A stretch of 64,000 nucleotides of DNA from the human T2T-CHM13v2.0 reference genome, Homo sapiens: assembly GCF_009914755.1 (NCBI RefSeq), contig NC_060943.1, one strand, 5' to 3'. Both the position numbers and the translations under genes were made by a program. Below the pieces are notes generated by a model that saw only the letters and a program-made list of their open reading frames with translations, searched no databases and was not told the origin of the DNA. Every line of letters begins with the position of its first letter. Positions within the stretch are counted from its first letter, which is position 1. Positions 49,338-64,000 of the stretch are shown here, in pieces.

Positions 49338-50448
49338 TCAAAAATAAAATAAAATAAAATAATAAAGTAAATAAAAATATTGAGCAGGGCGAGGTAAGGG
49401 GGTATTAGAACTCTATTCTGTCAGACAGATTTTTCTTAACACGCAAGTGCGCCGCCCGCCCGCTCTGATCCAGAACCAGAGAATCCGCCATGCGAAGGCG
49501 CTCCCGGAGACCCCGCCCAGCCAGTGCCTGGAATTCCACCATCAGCGCTTTATTCCGAGTTTCAGTGCTGTCCTGGGTTAACCTGAAAGCAATCTCCGAG
49601 GCTCCCCTTTCTGGCTTTCGGGGAGCCAGAGACTGACCGGACACTTGGCTCTGCAGGTGCAGACCTGGACCAGAGAGACAGAGAGCCAAGGAAGTCCACA
49701 GTGGAGAGAGGGCTGTGCTGGGGGTTCCAGGAAGACTTCCTGGAGGAGGGGATCTTGGAGCTAGGCCTTGAAGACGAGTTTGTCAAATGAGGAAGGGCAT
49801 CCGAAGCCGAGGGAACGGCAGAAGGGAACGCTGGGGAGGGGAGAGAATCTGGAGAGTTCCGGAAAAAGCAAGTAGGACTCTTTCCAGAAGTTCGGGCAAG
49901 ATTTTCCCTGGATCAGGGCGTGGGTTCTCCAGTACTCGTCCCTCCCGGTCACCGAGATGCTCTGAGTTTCCGGTCTGAACCTGAACGTAAAGAGGTGTAG
50001 TCCCTCCTTTCTTGAACGGGAAAACTGAACGCACATAGGTCCTTGCCACGCCTAAGGCTGCGGAGTGAGCAGATGGAAAATGCGGGACTCAAAACCTCCC
50101 CTCGCTGTAATTTGCACTGCCCTGTGCCAAACTCTGTCCTTTCTTCCATTCCTTATTCCTATTGTCAGCCTCGCTGCGCTAGGACCCTAAAAATTTGGTC
50201 TCATGTTGCCCGGGGAACAACATTTCGCTACACCTACCTCCATACCGCCTCCCGCTCCCGCTCTCCCTTGCACCAGCCAATGGAAGCGAGTATCTTCAGA
50301 CGGTGGGCAGGACGTATCCTAAGATACCCAATGGTGGTCGAGAATAGTTGAGCACTTTACTAGTCAAGCCGCGGAGTGGGCGGGGCCCCCTGCCCAGACT
50401 TGAAGCCACACAGGCAGGTCGGGCAGGCGGGTCGCAGGTTGTAAATCC

Positions 50449-54539
<4,091 letters not shown>

Positions 54540-54867
54540 CGGGATCCAGGGAAGTCGCACCCAAGCTGCGTGGAGACCCAGGAGCCTCGGGGGATCTGGA
54601 AACAGTTTAGGCCAATTGGGATTCTCATTCGCCTGGGAAAGAACTTGATTCTCAAATAGTGAAGCAACACAGCTGAGAGGTAGTGAGATCCCTGCAGGGA
54701 CTCCCTGGAGATTCAGGCCCTGGAATGGGGCTGAATGGAGGTCCCGTTCGACCCTTGATGCTGGGGCATCCGGGTTGGGATGGAGATAGGAGGATCTCAG
54801 TATATTTGTTTCGTAGTTTTTTATTTATTTTGCAAATACCAAAGGAATGTAAAAAAAACTCAGGTGA

Positions 54868-59040
<4,173 letters not shown>

Positions 59041-59178
59041 AGAGGTGGTCAGAGTGGCTGGAGCAGAGGAAAGGAGGAGAAAGAGGAGGGAGACCATTGG
59101 AGAAGGGATGGATGGAGGGGTCTGATAGGCAGAGGTTCGTCTGAGATTCTTCGGGGAGCCTGACGTGGCGGGGACCGA

Positions 59179-59192
59179 CCAGCAGAGGGCGC
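59179..59192 (+). promoter_or_regulatory. CTCF consensus site
   Basis: ccagcagagggcgc fits the CCASYAGRKGGCRS core, in a small CpG-retaining patch. Confidence 0.7.
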
Positions 59193-59513
59193 GTCGCGCT
59201 AACTGAGGCGGTCCCCAGCAATCCTCCCATCAGCGCTCCCGGTGCCCCACCCTCAGCGGATCTAGGCCTTCCGCATTCACCTGGTGGCATGTGAATGGTT
59301 AACTTCCCCTGACTGGGGTGGAAACTGAGTCTCGAAGAGAATCAGGATCTTTTCTGGAATCAGAAAAAGATCTCCACCTCCAGTGGTTGAATATACAAAC
59401 TCTGTGATTTCAGTGGACACAGAGCCTGGGAGGCATCCGCGGCAGAGAGAGGGCACGAAAAGGGCCTAAGGAGGCCCGCAGAGTTTCTGACCACCCAACT
59501 GAAGGAGACCTCA

Positions 59514-59969
<456 letters not shown>

Positions 59970-61084
59970 TTATTTACAGGGTTCCTGGCAGTATGTCACT
60001 ATTTGTTCATTTCCTTGCTTGTTCAACCAAATCAACAAATTGGGGCTGGAGGGGCGGTGGCCAGAGTGGAAAGGGTCACACCATGAGCTGAGTCCACAGA
60101 TGTTACTATTGGCCCCATCAGGAAACCAAACCGATGCCCAGAGAAGAAAAGCAATAATGTAGATCTGGGCGTGAGGGGTGGGCTTGAAGTGGGGAGGGTC
60201 CTGAAGGCTCCCAGGAGGGGTGAGCTGGGCCTGTGCCTGGGTGGGATTGGAGATGCTCTTTGGACAGGATGCTGGGGCCCCGCCTGCCTTCCCTGGGGCC
60301 CTGGCACACAGCTGGCCTGAGGTCCTTGGCTACAATCCTTTTTTTCCAAGAAGGGTGAGGTGGTTTGTGGGAAGCAGCCATGGGGGTTATTTATAGAGGC
60401 TGCAGGAAATCCCCAAAGAGTCTGAGACTCGCCAGGCGGTTGGACCTCAGGGTCAGGAAGGGGGCCTGATCCGCCAATTGCTCGACCCCCACCCCCTGTA
60501 TTCAGCCCCCACCCGGTTCCTGAGGAGTCACCAGCCTGGGACAGTCAGAGCTTTAGGGTCAGAGCTGGAAAGAGGGAGGGATGAGGCTGGGAGAGAGGTT
60601 TCCAAAAGGGGAAGCAAGGGCTATATCTGGGACTTCAAGAAAGGCTGCCTGGAGGAGGGGGTCTCTGGAGCTGGGCTTCAGAGGTAGAAGGGTTCGTTAG
60701 ACATGAAAAAGACTTTCTAATCCAAGGGCACAGCACAAATTAATGAATGTTGAGTCTTTTACAAAGAATTAAAAAGTCCAGGATAGGAGGAGGCAAAAGG
60801 GGAGTCACAGATGTGCTAAGGAGTTAGACTTTGTTCTAAGGGTAATAGGGAGCCATGGAGAGTGTGTGAGCAGGAGAGGGACTTGGACAGAGTCTGTAAT
60901 GGAAAGACTCCTCTGGACCAGCACAGGAGCCATACCAGAGGCAGCGGCTGAGGTGCAAGTGTACAGGGGCTGAGCCAGGGCCAGGTCACTGGGATCGGTT
61001 AGAGGGATGATGGCTCCTGGAATGCTCTGGAAGGCAAAACAGACAAAGGACCAGAGGCCTGTGCCCATGTGTCTGGAGAGTTTA

Positions 61085-64000
<2,916 letters not shown>

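Noticed and set aside
60118-60396. Minus-strand TATA-like box, 87-aa ORF and AATAAA at 59968 as a possible mini-gene
   Set aside because: The ATG is too close to the TATA to lie in a transcript; no recognisable product; the motif fits a MEF2 site better

Overview
Human (primate) genomic DNA, GC-rich and very Alu-dense. The gene content and order match chr19p13.11; that placement is recalled, not searched. I assembled five complete multi-exon protein-coding genes by hand from splice sites. Each gives an open frame of the length I recall for the protein: ABHD8 (-, 439 aa), MRPL34 (+, 92 aa), DDA1 (+, 102 aa), ANO8/TMEM16H (-, 1232 aa) and GTPBP3 (+, 492 aa). The window starts in a MER41A-type LTR and ends in intergenic Alu-rich DNA. 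Best candidate novelty: a 132-nt in-frame exon in ANO8 intron 12 (42251-42382). It looks like an ancient duplicate of the TM6-encoding start of exon 13, with the Ca2+-ligand Glu replaced by Ala. Other observations: a Kozak-context start-stop uORF and a splice-created 164-aa overlapping ORF in ABHD8; a pristine AluYb8 arm nested in an older Alu; an Alu flanked by a ~153-bp direct repeat; interlocked DDA1/ANO8 poly(A) sites; two GC-AG introns; and a palindromic 23-bp tandem array. Repeat boundaries are approximate.
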